Source: Phoronis australis (Eukaryota; Animalia; Phoronida). Taken from it: 64,000 nucleotides of DNA. The stretch lies in the NCBI GenBank assembly GCA_002633005.1, contig NMRA01000658.1, forward strand, positions 1 through 64,000. Direction: 5' to 3'. The notes beneath the pieces are model-generated. The model saw nothing but the letters and a program-made list of their open reading frames with translations. It was not told the DNA's origin and ran no database searches. The position numbers and the translations under genes were made by a program. Positions 25,826 to 38,329 of this stretch are shown here, piece after piece; the first letter of the stretch is position 1, and the number at the start of each line of letters is the position of its first letter.

Positions 25826-28367
25826 AGTCCTGGTCTCAAACTGCCCATGTGGTTCCAGTATCCGAAAATACTTACTAAATAAAATCTTATTTTCGACACC
25901 CTTTCTTTATATTCTTTTCGCCTTTCTTGCCAAAAGAGATTTTTAACATTATTTGACCCTTCTCTGTGAGCGTATGATTACCGGCTGTTATCGGTTATTT
26001 CCGTACCCACATTTCCGGCTCATCAGTTCAGGAACTTGTCCTGAACGCCGCTATTTTTTCCTTGTGTCTGAATGTGCTATGACTTGATCGAAAAGTCTTC
26101 ATTATTTTGTTTTATTATTAATATATCGTGATTCGTTTACATATTTAGTGTATTTATAGTTTGTAGTTAGTGGTCGTTGAATTTTTTGGAATGTTACGCG
26201 TACTTAGTATGTTAAAACACCATTGGTGTTTAGTTCCTTACGTAGGCCGGTCGAACCTAGGAACCAATACGAGTCGAACCAATTTTTTTCGTTTTGATTT
26301 TTTTTCTCGTTATGAAAAAGTACTTTGCTATCATCGGAAAGGTAGTGCATTCTACTCAGTAAAAATCGAAAGAGTATCAAAATCGGGGTAAGCAGTGTAA
26401 AGTTATTGCAATTTTTGTGGCGAAATTTGGGTCACTTTGTTTGGATCGCGTCGGCCATATTGGAGGACAGCGGGATAAGTTACGAGTTTAAAACTTTGTG
26501 TAAATTGTTTTCGCCAACAATTTATGGTAAAATTTAGTGAGACATATCTTTACTTACTATTCTGCACGATTCAACAGTTTTCACCAAATTTCAGCCTCGC
26601 AGTTGTTAGTTATTAAGTGATAAATGTGCTCACAATCCCGTTGGACTTCGTCTCATTTCAGGCGGCACCGACAACATGGCGCCTTTTACTGAACTGGAAG
26701 GCATGTTCAACCTGTTACTTTGTAATTTATGAAGATTTAACATTGATACATTTTGACAAACGTTGCTACAAAAGGGAACTTTGTTCAATTTTCGTGTTTT
26801 TTGGTGCACAAATATAAGATATATTCGAATTATTTTACTGTGAATGTCCCATTCAGGTGATCTTGTACTAAGCTAAAAAAATAGTACTTTTGAAATGGTT
26901 TTTTGTTTGACTGTCAACTGCTGTTCAAGGCTTAATTAGGTATCACAAAATGATTCATATTTTTCTAAATTTTAAGTCTCAATTGCTTTCAAGTGATGTT
27001 TTGTAACTTATTGCTTCTTAATTCAGGTTATCAAGTTAACAATATGAAGAATCTTAATTAGAGAAATAAGCTATGCAGGATTGTGAAGCTTCAAGCCTCC
27101 AATTCTTGTTCCTTGCAACTTCATATTTTTAAATCATGCTTGTCAAATTCTGGTGTTAGGAAACACTGGTAATAGTTACGTGTATGTCCACTTTCATATC
27201 ATGGAAACTTGTGCTGTTAGACAGTGTTTGTAATGCTAAATGTAGTAAAGTATTGTGCATTGTAAGTTACTTATTATGTTAAAAGGTTGAATCAATTTGG
27301 CTTAATGAATAAAAAATGATAACATTTTGTATTGGACTTGTCATACTTAGGTGCTCGAACGAGCCCCCTATTTGGAAAAATGGAAAAGGTGTGCCTTAGT
27401 CAGAGAAGCACGAACTCCGAAAAAAGTAGAAAACGAGACAAAAGTCCACTTGAAGACAGGAAGTGCCAAAATTTAGCGTCTGCAATACATAGCTCTGAAC
27501 ATACCCAGTGAATCTTATAGTAAAAGGTAGAATTCCCAAAAATTCCAGCCCCCCATTTTTTTAGGCTTGGTGCGCTCACTATGGTCTGGGCAAATCTCTC
27601 AGTTGAAAGCCAACAAATTTACACAGTTCGCCAGAAGACCACAAGCTCTAAATAAACCTCGTTGGAGCGAGCGCTGTGGCCAGGGACCAGGAAGGCCTAA
27701 GGGTAGCCTTGGCACAAAGCTGCATAGGCCTACTAACAAGCTGTATTTTGGCGATAGTCTTCCTACTGGTAGCTGGCACTGAGGCTACCTACCTGAACTT
27801 AAGGGCTGCCGCGGCAGTGTGACACAGGAGTAACCTGCCTGTAATTTTCTGCAAGTGTCTGAAACTACCTCTGAATATATGCGAAATATTTATTTGAACC
27901 TTTTACTTCGACAAAACAGCTTGCAACCGCATGCCTTTACCGTTCGCCAGTGTCTGGTCTCGATCCGCACCGGGTCCGATAGGCTGCGGTCCTGAGTCCG
28001 GCAAAATAATTTCTTTCAAAATTTATTCGCCACATTTCTTCAGCAAATTCGATGAAATTGTCCGTATTTTGATTTTATTGAAATTAAAGCGTGCTGTCGA
28101 TTATTTTATCCCCGTTTGCAGGCTGGTAACAGGCACTGCTCCGGTCGCACTGACGGCGTTTTCTTAGGTTCCTGAATGAATTGTACTTCTGGGTTCGCGG
28201 CAAATTCCAAATGGCGGTGGTTCTTCGGGTGTGAATCGTGAGTGGCGCGTTCATTTAAACTTTTTTCGAGTACGGATCGTGTATTAGTTATGTGTTAAGT
28301 ACTTCTTGGATGCTTATAACATCCTCTAACAATGTAATAAGGGTTAACAACGTATGAGACCAGGACT
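25826..28367. mobile_element. Non-autonomous Kolobok-type DNA transposon (2.5 kb)
   Basis: TIR AGTCCTGGTCTCA(A/T)AC (15/16); TTAA at 25822-25825 and 28368-28371; contains the MITE-like copy at ~27360-27580. Confidence 0.78.
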
Positions 28368-28977
28368 TTAAGCACTGACACGGAGGCAGACGATGAAGAA
28401 CAGACACAAAAATAACAAAAAGGTCACTGGCGGGCGCAGCTTAAGTCAAATCAGCCTGGAACGTGACAGGTGCTGTCGTCTCCAAATTGCCAGTTTTCAT
28501 TCATCAAGGAACTTGATACATATCGGCCGCAAGCAAGAGATGAGCAAGGGCAATACATGCTTCGACATAAAATATTCGGGAGCTGGAGATTAACGCCAGA
28601 CTGGCCTTATGTTTCATTGGTTAGGGAATTCTTGCTTACTGAAAACGTCATACCGAATGCAGTTCATTGAAAATGTTTGACTTCGATGACTTCATCTAAC
28701 TAGCGCTGCTTGGGAGCGTAAGTTGTTCCTTGGAATTGTATCACTTCGCCTATAAGCCATGCGGAATTTTAGTGAAAACAGATTTTCGGACGTGTAACAA
28801 ATGTGCTGTGGTACAAATGCGTAATAGTTAGGCCGTGCCGGACAAACATAAAGGAAGGGGCATACGGGCCCATTTGTAGGATGACGTTACCTAAGTGTTT
28901 TTAAGTTGCAGTCACAATTCACGTAGTATGGCCGGAGTACGGCTTCAGTATTATCTCAGATTTTCTGCGTCACTTAC

Positions 28978-29131
28978 TTGACAGTGTATCTATGCAAACT
29001 ACATCCAGTCGGCCTCCAAACATGGTTGTGCCAGGTGCCGTTTTCAGACAGCAGATCATTACACGACGTCTTTGCCAAAAAGGCAAATGGCTTGGTCTTG
29101 AGAAAGTTACGAAAATCTGCATATGCACTTG
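28978..29131 (-). CDS. CASD1-like: CASD1-like exon 2
   Basis: atattttcag|...|gtaagt; (A)SAYADFRNFLKTKPFAFLAKTSCNDLLSENGTWHNHVWRPTGCSLHRYTV(N), resembling CASD1 SCEYLLSSG...VWQPHSCMMHKY; phase 1 in, phase 2 out. Confidence 0.88.
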
Positions 29132-31185
29132 CTGAAAATATCCAAAGATACGAATTCATGTCCAAAAACGTAATCATAAAACGTTCTAACGTGTCAAACT
29201 TTTTCTCATCTTGCAAGCCCATTAAGGCAACACGCACCCTTTACAGTGTATCTCTTTTAGTCACTGGTTGTATTGCTTACCGCAGCTGGCAAGAACAGGT
29301 GCCGGTATACAAACATTCGTTTTAATTTGTTGCAAACAATATAAGTTTTGTCAGCATGCCATCTCTTGGCCACATACGTGACCTAATGAATGGGTAGAGA
29401 TCGACGTACATGGACCGCCAAACTCCGTATATTTTCAATGGACGAAATCCTTCGCATAAGCCGTGACGTCCATAGACATCAAGTCTATGGTGACGTTAGC
29501 GACCCCTGGCAGATACAGCACGCATTACTTGCGTCGTCTGCTAATCATGGTCATTTAGTCGGGATTTGGATCGGCGATTTTGCCCAACTCACATCCGTGT
29601 TTAAATTAATTGAACACTTGTAAAATGTTAATTTCTTAAATAGAGCTCATACTAATACTCCAGAAATAACCACCACGACCACTCAAAAACCAATCTCGCA
29701 CTTCAACACCAGTTTCCTTTATGTTTCATTTTAAGCTCGAGTGCACGCCGGTGCCGCTCAAAATTTCTGGACTCCACTGTTGGAAGACCTTGAACAACGT
29801 TTCAATGCTGAAGTTATTATTTTTCGTTGTACTTGACAGTAAAATCTGAGATGGAAGAACTTCCCGTCACGATACACTAACCGGAAGCGGAGGTTGCGCC
29901 TCTTCTAGGATATTTCGCAAGAAAATATCGGAGTTGCGAATCTTTTGGCTATAATCTATGGTCGGGGGAAAGCAGGATGGAGAATCTTAACCAACCACTT
30001 TGACCTAAATTCTACCGCTGCTGACGTCACATTGCCCGGTTTGTTACCGGTACATGACGAGCTCAGTACTTCACTCTTTGTATATATTGTCAGCTGCTAT
30101 AATCAAGGCCACCAACTTTTTTATAGCGCATGCTAGTAGCTGTGTTCAGATCGTTAAGTGGATACTTATATATATTGAAACCAGTCTCTTTTACCTTAGT
30201 GTTGATAGTACATAAAATATTACAGCCTCTTGGAGGAGAACCTGATTAGCTGCCGTTGTGTCTGCTGGACCTATTGGAATGTGTTTTTGACAGTTTTTCA
30301 TCAAATAGATGTTGGAATGCTGTGCAGTTGCCGACGAGTAAAAATATAAAATAGTAAATCTAGTAAAACTAAAACGACGAGCGTCGGTACAAAAATGTTG
30401 TCTCCACTCAATAATAGACAACTTAAAACTTAATATGTACAATGAAATGCCTAAACTAAGAAACCATGAAAAACTGTAAAATAGTAAAACTAGTAAAACT
30501 AAAACGACGAGCGTCGGTACTAAAACATATTAAAATATCCCCACGTTTCGAAGGATGCGCTCTTTGTCAAGGGTGTTTTTGGACATCTATTTACTTCTTC
30601 AATGAATAGATCTTAGTTCATTTGTTTATGTTTCATTACCTTGTTTTCTATAGATTTCAGTTGACTTGATAGACCCTCTATTATGTTAGATGCATATGGA
30701 TTTAGTGACACTGATAACCTATTGTGTTTTCATACCTGTAGCAGCTTAACTCTATAATCCTACTCACTTGCCTCTGTTTAAGTCTTGACTTGTATTTACA
30801 AACATCCCAGCCCAAGCTTCTTTCCCCTTTTGGTTAGTTTTGTATTTGGCGCGCATTCTGATTGGTGGAACAGGTTCAATGTAATATCTTTATACTATCA
30901 CGCAAGAAGCTTTTAATAGGCCTACATCATATTGAACACATGTGTTTTTCTCTACGAACCACCTCGGGTTTTCTCCTTGCATAATAAAACCCACACCACT
31001 GTTGCTGTGGCTAACGAAACATTGAAGACCGAAAATAAAAAGAATAAAACCTAACATGTACATCACCATGTATAATTCAAGAATAATTTAAAAAATGTGT
31101 GTGCTTGATTTTCAACCTAATTAAAAACTATGATTGATTGCCAAAATCTCGGGCGGAAAGTGGGTCCGGTTTATTGCCGCTTTAA

Positions 31186-32146
31186 AGTGTACACAACATG
31201 ACTCTAGTATCTCAAAATAAATTTTATTATTATATCTTACTTGATTTCAGTGCCTTTAGTGCACAGCTCATAAAGAAACACGCAAAAATTGAAAAAAATG
31301 ATAATTATGTACAACGTCATGGGTTGAACCCAAGTCGTTCGCCATACTGTTCGGATCAGAGACAAAGTGTATAGAGTGAAGAGAAAGCAAAGTACATTTA
31401 GCGTCGAGAAGGTTCGTAGAGGGATCAAAAGATGTGTTTCCGGAGGCTGCAGCAACAGCAGCCAGGCGGAGAACGTCTCGGTGTTCCGGAGGACACCAAA
31501 GTTGCGCAGAAGTGGCATCGCTTCGTGCGCCGAACGAGAGTGTGGGACGTCATCGTGGACCAAGCGATTCGGTCCGGGGCCACTCTGTGTTCTGCCCACT
31601 TTGAGGACTCGTGTTTCGATTCCAGTCACAGGAGACGTTACGATGAAGGCCTGGTTCAATAAAGGACAACATTCATCATTCAGAAACATCAGCTCTTAAT
31701 TCAGGATAGTCTGTGATGACTGGGTTGACTCGCTGAGCCCGAGGCCGCTTCTCTCGCGGGAGGATCTAGTTCGTAAGGCTCAAAGTAGAAAAGTACGCAG
31801 CCGGAAGCACATTAAACTTGTTCTCGCTTTCGTGCAACCCCATTTCCTCATCCTGGCCACCATTGCCGTACGTTTCTTCATAGTATTTGTTCAATTCTTG
31901 CTCATAATCATCGTCGCTTTCAAATTCCCTGCTCTCCGCTATTGTTCAATGCTAGTCACTGATCTCTTGCGTTCAACCCATTACGTCACAAGGTGGCAAA
32001 TGTGAAAATTGGCAAAATTGAAAGAAAAATCAAAATTTCGAGCTAATTACACAAAATAAACATGGGTTTAGCTAAATTTTACGTCATACACTTAGTCTGT
32101 GGCCACCGGTAATTCAAAATGTGCAAAAATCCATGGTGTGTACTGT
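31186..32146. mobile_element. Internally deleted Kolobok-type transposon
   Basis: Imperfect TIR AGTGTACACAACATG / ACAGTACACACCATG (12/15); TTAA at 31182-31185 and 32147-32150; THAP relic on + strand and an acidic ...YFEP relic on - strand, convergent. Confidence 0.72.
31424..31662 (+). pseudogene. Frameshifted THAP zinc-finger domain (transposase N-terminus)
   Basis: IKRCVSGGCSNSSQAENVSVF [frameshift] PEDTKVAQKWHRFVRRTR...TLCSAHFEDSCF: C-x4-C...P...W...LCSxHF signature split over two ORF-track frames. Confidence 0.85.
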
Positions 32147-34102
32147 TTAAAAGCTGGTGTGGTGGTAAAGTCAAGAGGCGCATGCTCTTCAAAGGTTTGC
32201 AACAGTGTTGACTACAAATTGGAATATGAATTTCATCTCACTGCCTAACTTAAAAAGCTGAATAACACAGCTAGGTATAGGCACTAACTTCGCACCGAAG
32301 AATACCCGACAGAATGTTTAATCTCAACACCACAGGGAATTGTGTAATAGTTAAAACTGAATTGTCAAAGTTGTTTACGCATTTTGACATAAAGGATTAA
32401 TTTTCACTCATTCAGTCTAAGACTTATGTCGTTGAAATTGCAAATTACCGCATGTTGAAATGATTCATTACATGAAGTTTATCGGGTGAACGTTGTGACA
32501 AGTACTCACCAATGAATTCGCTGAAAAACTAGACGATTGAAGAGAAAAATAAACGGGCTTATTTGACCGACTTATATGTCGCCTGGTCACCATGTTCACA
32601 TTCATTGAATGCATATTTTACCCGTATTAAGCACGAACAACCTCAACAGCGTAGATTTTCTGAACGCTTTCTTCTTAATTCTTATATATAGTTATAAATA
32701 ATAATTGCCAAAGGGGTTTTAAACAAACAGTTGATTCAAGGTCGGACACAAAGATTTATCTTCCACACGAATTTGCCACTCATCGGGGGAAATACACTTT
32801 CTGGTTTATGAACTCTCGTGACCTGTGGCTAAGGTGGCACTGAACAGTTAGGCTGCAGCCATGGGGCATTTTCTAGTCCCTAGAATTTGTGCATGTGCAG
32901 GGCGTATGTCAGGTTTGGCTGGTTGTTGAAAACAAATGCCAGGAAACTGATTTACTTGTGTTTTTAAATAATAAATCCAAGTTTTTTAGACGTGGCCTAC
33001 TTTTGATGGAAAACGGTGGCTGTCGTTTGCTTTCAACTCCTGTCGCCCGGTGCTCTTAGAGAAACCGGGTGCGATTTCAGGTGGCTGTCAGACAAATCAA
33101 AACTGCCAAAAAATAGCTAGTAAGGAGCATACCATGACCACAATTTTAGAATCTAGAGATTGCGAGCATTCTGAATCTGTAGTCGGGTTTTTCCTCGCAC
33201 TTGCAGGGAAGTGGCATGTTTGGGGAGAAAACTTTAAAATTTGGTGTTTTTTGGTAATATTTTTGTGTGCCGGGATTTTTCCCGGTTTGAATTAACCCAT
33301 TAAAAATCTGTGGCGTAAGTTTCAGTTGTCACTAGTAGTGCTTGTGAGTTGGGAATGCTACAAAAGCCTCTATTTTTCAGACACTCGATTAGCACGAGAG
33401 GAATGGGTCCATCTATACTTCGGTGTGTGTCGGCAGCCAAAAGCCTGTTCTAACTGTAGTGTGCTCCCTAATTTTACACCGTCCGTGTGACGTCATCAGC
33501 ATCAGAATGTAGGTCAATGTGCTTGGTCAAGATTCTCCGTTCGAGCAGAAATCTTTTCAGACTAATATTCATTAGGTCACGTGATGTGACAACAGATGGC
33601 GCGCTGATCAGACTTAAAGGCCTGCTATGGTGCCAAAATTTTTATATCTAAAATACATGTATTGATGAAAAACATCAACATACGGTGTCATAACATACCC
33701 CAGTCCTTAATCATATAGATCTTTTAAGATACAGCAGCCCCATCACGAACCCCGTCTGGCGCGAAAAAAATTGAGATGGCGCTTGCACCAATCGAAATCT
33801 ATGACATCATCGACAAAACGATTTTGGCTTTCACCGTGTCTCCATCGTATTGGAAACAGCGACGACTGGCCGTTTAATTTAGTGCAAAATACGTGGAAAA
33901 TCAAGCAAACACGTTAACTGTTCATTTCATGTCAATTAATATTAAAATTGATCAAAATAATTACATTTAGAACTTTTTATTCATTATTTACAGGCTCATA
34001 GCCAGGGGCGGGGGTTAGGGGGTTCGATCGCAGAAAAGTCGAGCCCCGGCCTATCCGTTAAAGATGTGATATAGATGGACAACAACAACAAAATTGTTGC
34101 AG

Positions 34103-34194
34103 CTACTGGTACTACTGACTACAATGATAGCTAAGTCTGTAATGATTTCTACTGGTACTACTAACTACAATGATAACTAAGTCTGTAATGATTT
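34103..34194. repeat. Tandem duplication, 2 x 46 bp
   Basis: CTACTGGTACTACT(G/A)ACTACAATGATA(G/A)CTAAGTCTGTAATGATTT twice. Confidence 0.9.
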
Positions 34195-35569
34195 AGTTCA
34201 CGTAATCATCGGGCCGTACCCACTCAACTTCGCCCGAATGGTGTTTGATGATATGATAAGATCGTGCAGACGATTAGAGAAGGCTTTATGTTATTCATCG
34301 GCATGGAACGCGCGTGGTAGTTACAACATAGGGTAACACGGGAGTCTAGAAGTAGATAGGCTATATATCAGCGAGAGAGCTCCCAAAAAGTAGTGCTGTG
34401 TGCACGTCTTAAAATCGACCAAGACCCAAAATAGCAGAAAGTAGGTTTATCTGCTATTTTGATAGAGCCAGACAGTGCTGCAGTGGTAAAGTCAGAGGTA
34501 AGTGGGCACCCAAAGCCCACCATATTTTAAAAATGCATTGAATTCGCAGAACCTGGCTCACAAACGTGTAGGCCTATTTTTTACTCACGAGTGGGTATTT
34601 ACTTCGAGTCTGCCGTGGCGAATCTAGGATGTCCCAGAAAGGGGGCCCAACCAGACATATAGAAAGGCAAAGATCCGCGTGCATTCCAAGTGGTTTCTGA
34701 AGGGGGACCCAAACACAATTATAAAGGAAAATAGACGCGTAACGCCCAGAATTAGAAATGATATGCAGACGGCGTTTTTAGTCGCCCGTAGGGTTTGTCC
34801 TCGGTGGCCCTTCGGTTCCCCCTTTAACCGTCTATGAGCACATGGTAGGTTGTGTGCTCTAACGTCTCCAGCCTCCATTTGTCCGAACTCATGCATTCCT
34901 TTGATTGCCGTTGTGAACCAGCCCGAACCGATAGCAAATGCGCCTGACATCGTGGTCGCCATGTCTTGTCCCGGATCCCATCGGCCACGTTTTGGGGTCC
35001 AGGATGCCCATAGAGCAAAATAGCAGCTCCATCATTGTCAAGTCAACGCCGCTCCAAGTTGCCGTCAGCGTAGCAGTGCAGCGATACCGTCAGCTATCGT
35101 ATCAACACTACGCCCCACTATACCCGTGACTTACTGTGCGTGGGCGCTATGTTAACAAGAGCAACGCAGAGCGTTGAAATGCGCCCACAATTGCACCGTA
35201 TACGGTATCCTTCTAGGGTTGTTTATTGGTACCATAAATTGGCCAGTAGAGAGCATATAATTATGTAGTATGTTGTACTTTGCAAAATGGAAAGGCATGG
35301 TCATTGTCTCTTCAATAGGCTAGGGGCAAAATGTGAGTGATCTTCATAATACAAGCACATCCTATACATCAGTTGCTTAAAGCACCACAGAAACATAGAA
35401 TTAAAAACAAATTTACCAACATACGAGATTAGCACAGCATTAGAATGCCAGAAACAAATTTCTACTTGGAACTTTTCCTTCATAGTCACGAAGTAACACA
35501 AAGTATACACCTGAAGACCTATGAAAATACAGAGGTCAATGTAAAATACTAAAATTGCCACTAGAGGCA

Positions 35570-36380
35570 NNNNNNNNNNNNNNNNNNNNNNNNNNNNNNN
35601 NNNNNNNNNNNNNNNNNNNNNNNNNNNNNNNNNNNNNNNNNNNNNNNNNNNNNNNNNNNNNNNNNNNNNNNNNNNNNNNNNNNNNNNNNNNNNNNNNNNN
35701 NNNNNNNNNNNNNNNNNNNNNNNNNNNNNNNNNNNNNNNNNNNNNNNNNNNNNNNNNNNNNNNNNNNNNNNNNNNNNNNNNNNNNNNNNNNNNNNNNNNN
35801 NNNNNNNNNNNNNNNNNNNNNNNNNNNNNNNNNNNNNNNNNNNNNNNNNNNNNNNNNNNNNNNNNNNNNNNNNNNNNNNNNNNNNNNNNNNNNNNNNNNN
35901 NNNNNNNNNNNNNNNNNNNNNNNNNNNNNNNNNNNNNNNNNNNNNNNNNNNNNNNNNNNNNNNNNNNNNNNNNNNNNNNNNNNNNNNNNNNNNNNNNNNN
36001 NNNNNNNNNNNNNNNNNNNNNNNNNNNNNNNNNNNNNNNNNNNNNNNNNNNNNNNNNNNNNNNNNNNNNNNNNNNNNNNNNNNNNNNNNNNNNNNNNNNN
36101 NNNNNNNNNNNNNNNNNNNNNNNNNNNNNNNNNNNNNNNNNNNNNNNNNNNNNNNNNNNNNNNNNNNNNNNNNNNNNNNNNNNNNNNNNNNNNNNNNNNN
36201 NNNNNNNNNNNNNNNNNNNNNNNNNNNNNNNNNNNNNNNNNNNNNNNNNNNNNNNNNNNNNNNNNNNNNNNNNNNNNNNNNNNNNNNNNNNNNNNNNNNN
36301 NNNNNNNNNNNNNNNNNNNNNNNNNNNNNNNNNNNNNNNNNNNNNNNNNNNNNNNNNNNNNNNNNNNNNNNNNNNNNNNN
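35570..36380. other. Assembly gap (N run)
   Basis: N bases; ORFs 35301..36398 and 35555..36430 are artefacts of it. Confidence 0.99.
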
Positions 36381-36549
36381 CATTGTATTTGTGCCCATTT
36401 AGTAACTATTTAAAGGGTGTACAAAACTGAATAGTTCATTGTATTTGTGCCCATTTAGTAACTATTTAAAGGGTGTACAAAATTGAATAGTTCATTGTAT
36501 TTGTGCCCATTTAGTAACTATTTAAAGGGTGTACAAAATAGTTCATTGT
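36381..36549. repeat. Tandem repeat, ~3 x 56 bp, probably continuing into the gap
   Basis: CATTGTATTTGTGCCCATTTAGTAACTATTTAAAGGGTGTACAAAA(C/T)TGAATAGTT starting at 36381, 36437 and 36493. Confidence 0.92.
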
Positions 36550-37092
36550 TTACAAATGAACTCAGTTCCAATTACAGCCAATCAATCTTCAATTCTAACT
36601 TACGACGCATTCAGTCTCAAGCAGGGACAACATCGGGTCAGGACTTCAGCGACCAATACCGGCGGTTTTAAATTTAAGAAGGCTGAATGGGACTCCCCGA
36701 CTTCGTGAAGACGGGCAGGGACAGAGTAGCATACTAACTACATAGTTTCGACCCGGTCATGCGCGTGGTTAAGATGGGTGAGTTTGAGGGCCAGCGGTCC
36801 TAAACTAGCTCAGTCACGCTGTGAAATGATGCAATCTTGACATGGATTTGATGAATGTATCGTGGTTGATAACTCATAAATATTCCTATTTCATAATCTT
36901 TTAAAAATTCAAGAGCGTACTCATTTTGCGAGTTCGAAAGACATGCGGGCAATTTCGCATGCGCATGAAATCCGGGCGTTGTTTGAGCATAGGTACACCA
37001 CCTAGTGCATCTAATAATCGAAGTGTAGTTTATTTTTGCAGGTAAAAGGGGATATATGATACACTTAAGTCCGAAATTTTAGATCTTTACGG

Positions 37093-37158
37093 AGTAGTGA
37101 ACCTTCGGAATAGTGAACCTTCAGAGTAGTGAACCTTCGGAATACTGGGCTGTTCCCG
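37093..37158. repeat. 3 x 16-bp TAGTGAACCTTC(G/A)GA-type repeat, probably a transposon subterminal array
   Basis: Direct reading; function inferred. Confidence 0.6.
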
Positions 37159-38329
37159 TTTCCAGCGATGAGGCAAGTTAAGTAACACGCAAAATACAAC
37201 CAGATCAAAATATTCAAGTCGATCATGCTCCGATTAAATATTTCCGTCCGAGTATGTAAAGAGGAGTAATCACTCATTTAAGCACGCCCGGTTTGTAAGT
37301 TTGGCAGGGGTAACGCGGGAACATTCTCTTTCTTGACCACATTACACCGAATTTGGGTTACGTTCTTTGTGAGCAACCATCAGGAAATCCTCATTTCTGA
37401 GAGTCATCGTTGTGTTTGAAGATCCCCCCTAATTAAGCTGCGTCAAGGGCCTTACCAAAAACTCTGCAGTTTCGACGTTTGCAAAATAAAGGTCCACCGT
37501 ACTAGAAACTTGAACCACCCCCGCGCAATACTGGCTACGGGCCTGTATTTAGCACACATTCTAATACGGGCCCGTATGGGAATCCCCGGAAGGATGACTG
37601 GGGACGCCCAAATAGTCGGAAAAAGACGCTTCTTCTGAATTATTATCAGCGAATTTCACAATGTTTATTATAAAATGTACTTTCCTTGATATAAAAATTT
37701 TGATGTTAGGAACTTTGCATTCATGTCTCCTTCAAGATAAAGCTGTGAACACTGCGCTATTCCGATACGGCCGCTGTCGAGTGTGTGTCCCGTATTGGTA
37801 TCGGCGACAATAGGCCGTTTAATTTGGTGCAAAATACGATAACGTGGAAAAGTTACAACAGATATTACCTTGATCTTTTCGTACAAAGCAATTATATTCA
37901 AATTCCTCAAAAATTTTATATCAGAAACTTAATTTTCTAAATAATTCGCCTTGAAAGAGTGCATCCCGTAGGCGCCCCATTTTGAACATAGATTCGGTCA
38001 ATCTCACTTGAACAAAGATTGAAAATTTAATACAACGTTGTGAGTATATATCAAGACTATGAAGTAAAGTCTCGATTGCATGAAAACATGCCGAATTATA
38101 AGGATTTGTATTCAATTTAACGTTTGAAAAAAATCAAATAATATATTCCATAATGGGCCGCCCATATCCGAATTCCGTTACGATAACGGTCCAAATCAGA
38201 ATATTCCGATTTGGGCCGGATTCCCGATACGCCGGGCCAGAACAGTAACACGAAACGTCAAAGGGTGCACTGCAGATCTTGTAGCCAGCCAGCTGGCTAT
38301 TTGAAAACTATCGCCAAAATGTCGCTAGG

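Noticed and set aside
29281-29382. Extra CASD1-like exon ending GCG|gtaagc
   Set aside because: Its open frame exits in phase 0, incompatible with the phase-1 acceptor at 29131; the phase-1 frame has a stop and no ATG.
32510-32605. Alternative first exon (MNVNMVTRRH...|gtgagt)
   Set aside because: Phase 0 and no hydrophobic signal; does not fit exon 2.
35301-36430. Long ORFs of 365 and 291 aa
   Set aside because: They consist of N-gap codons.
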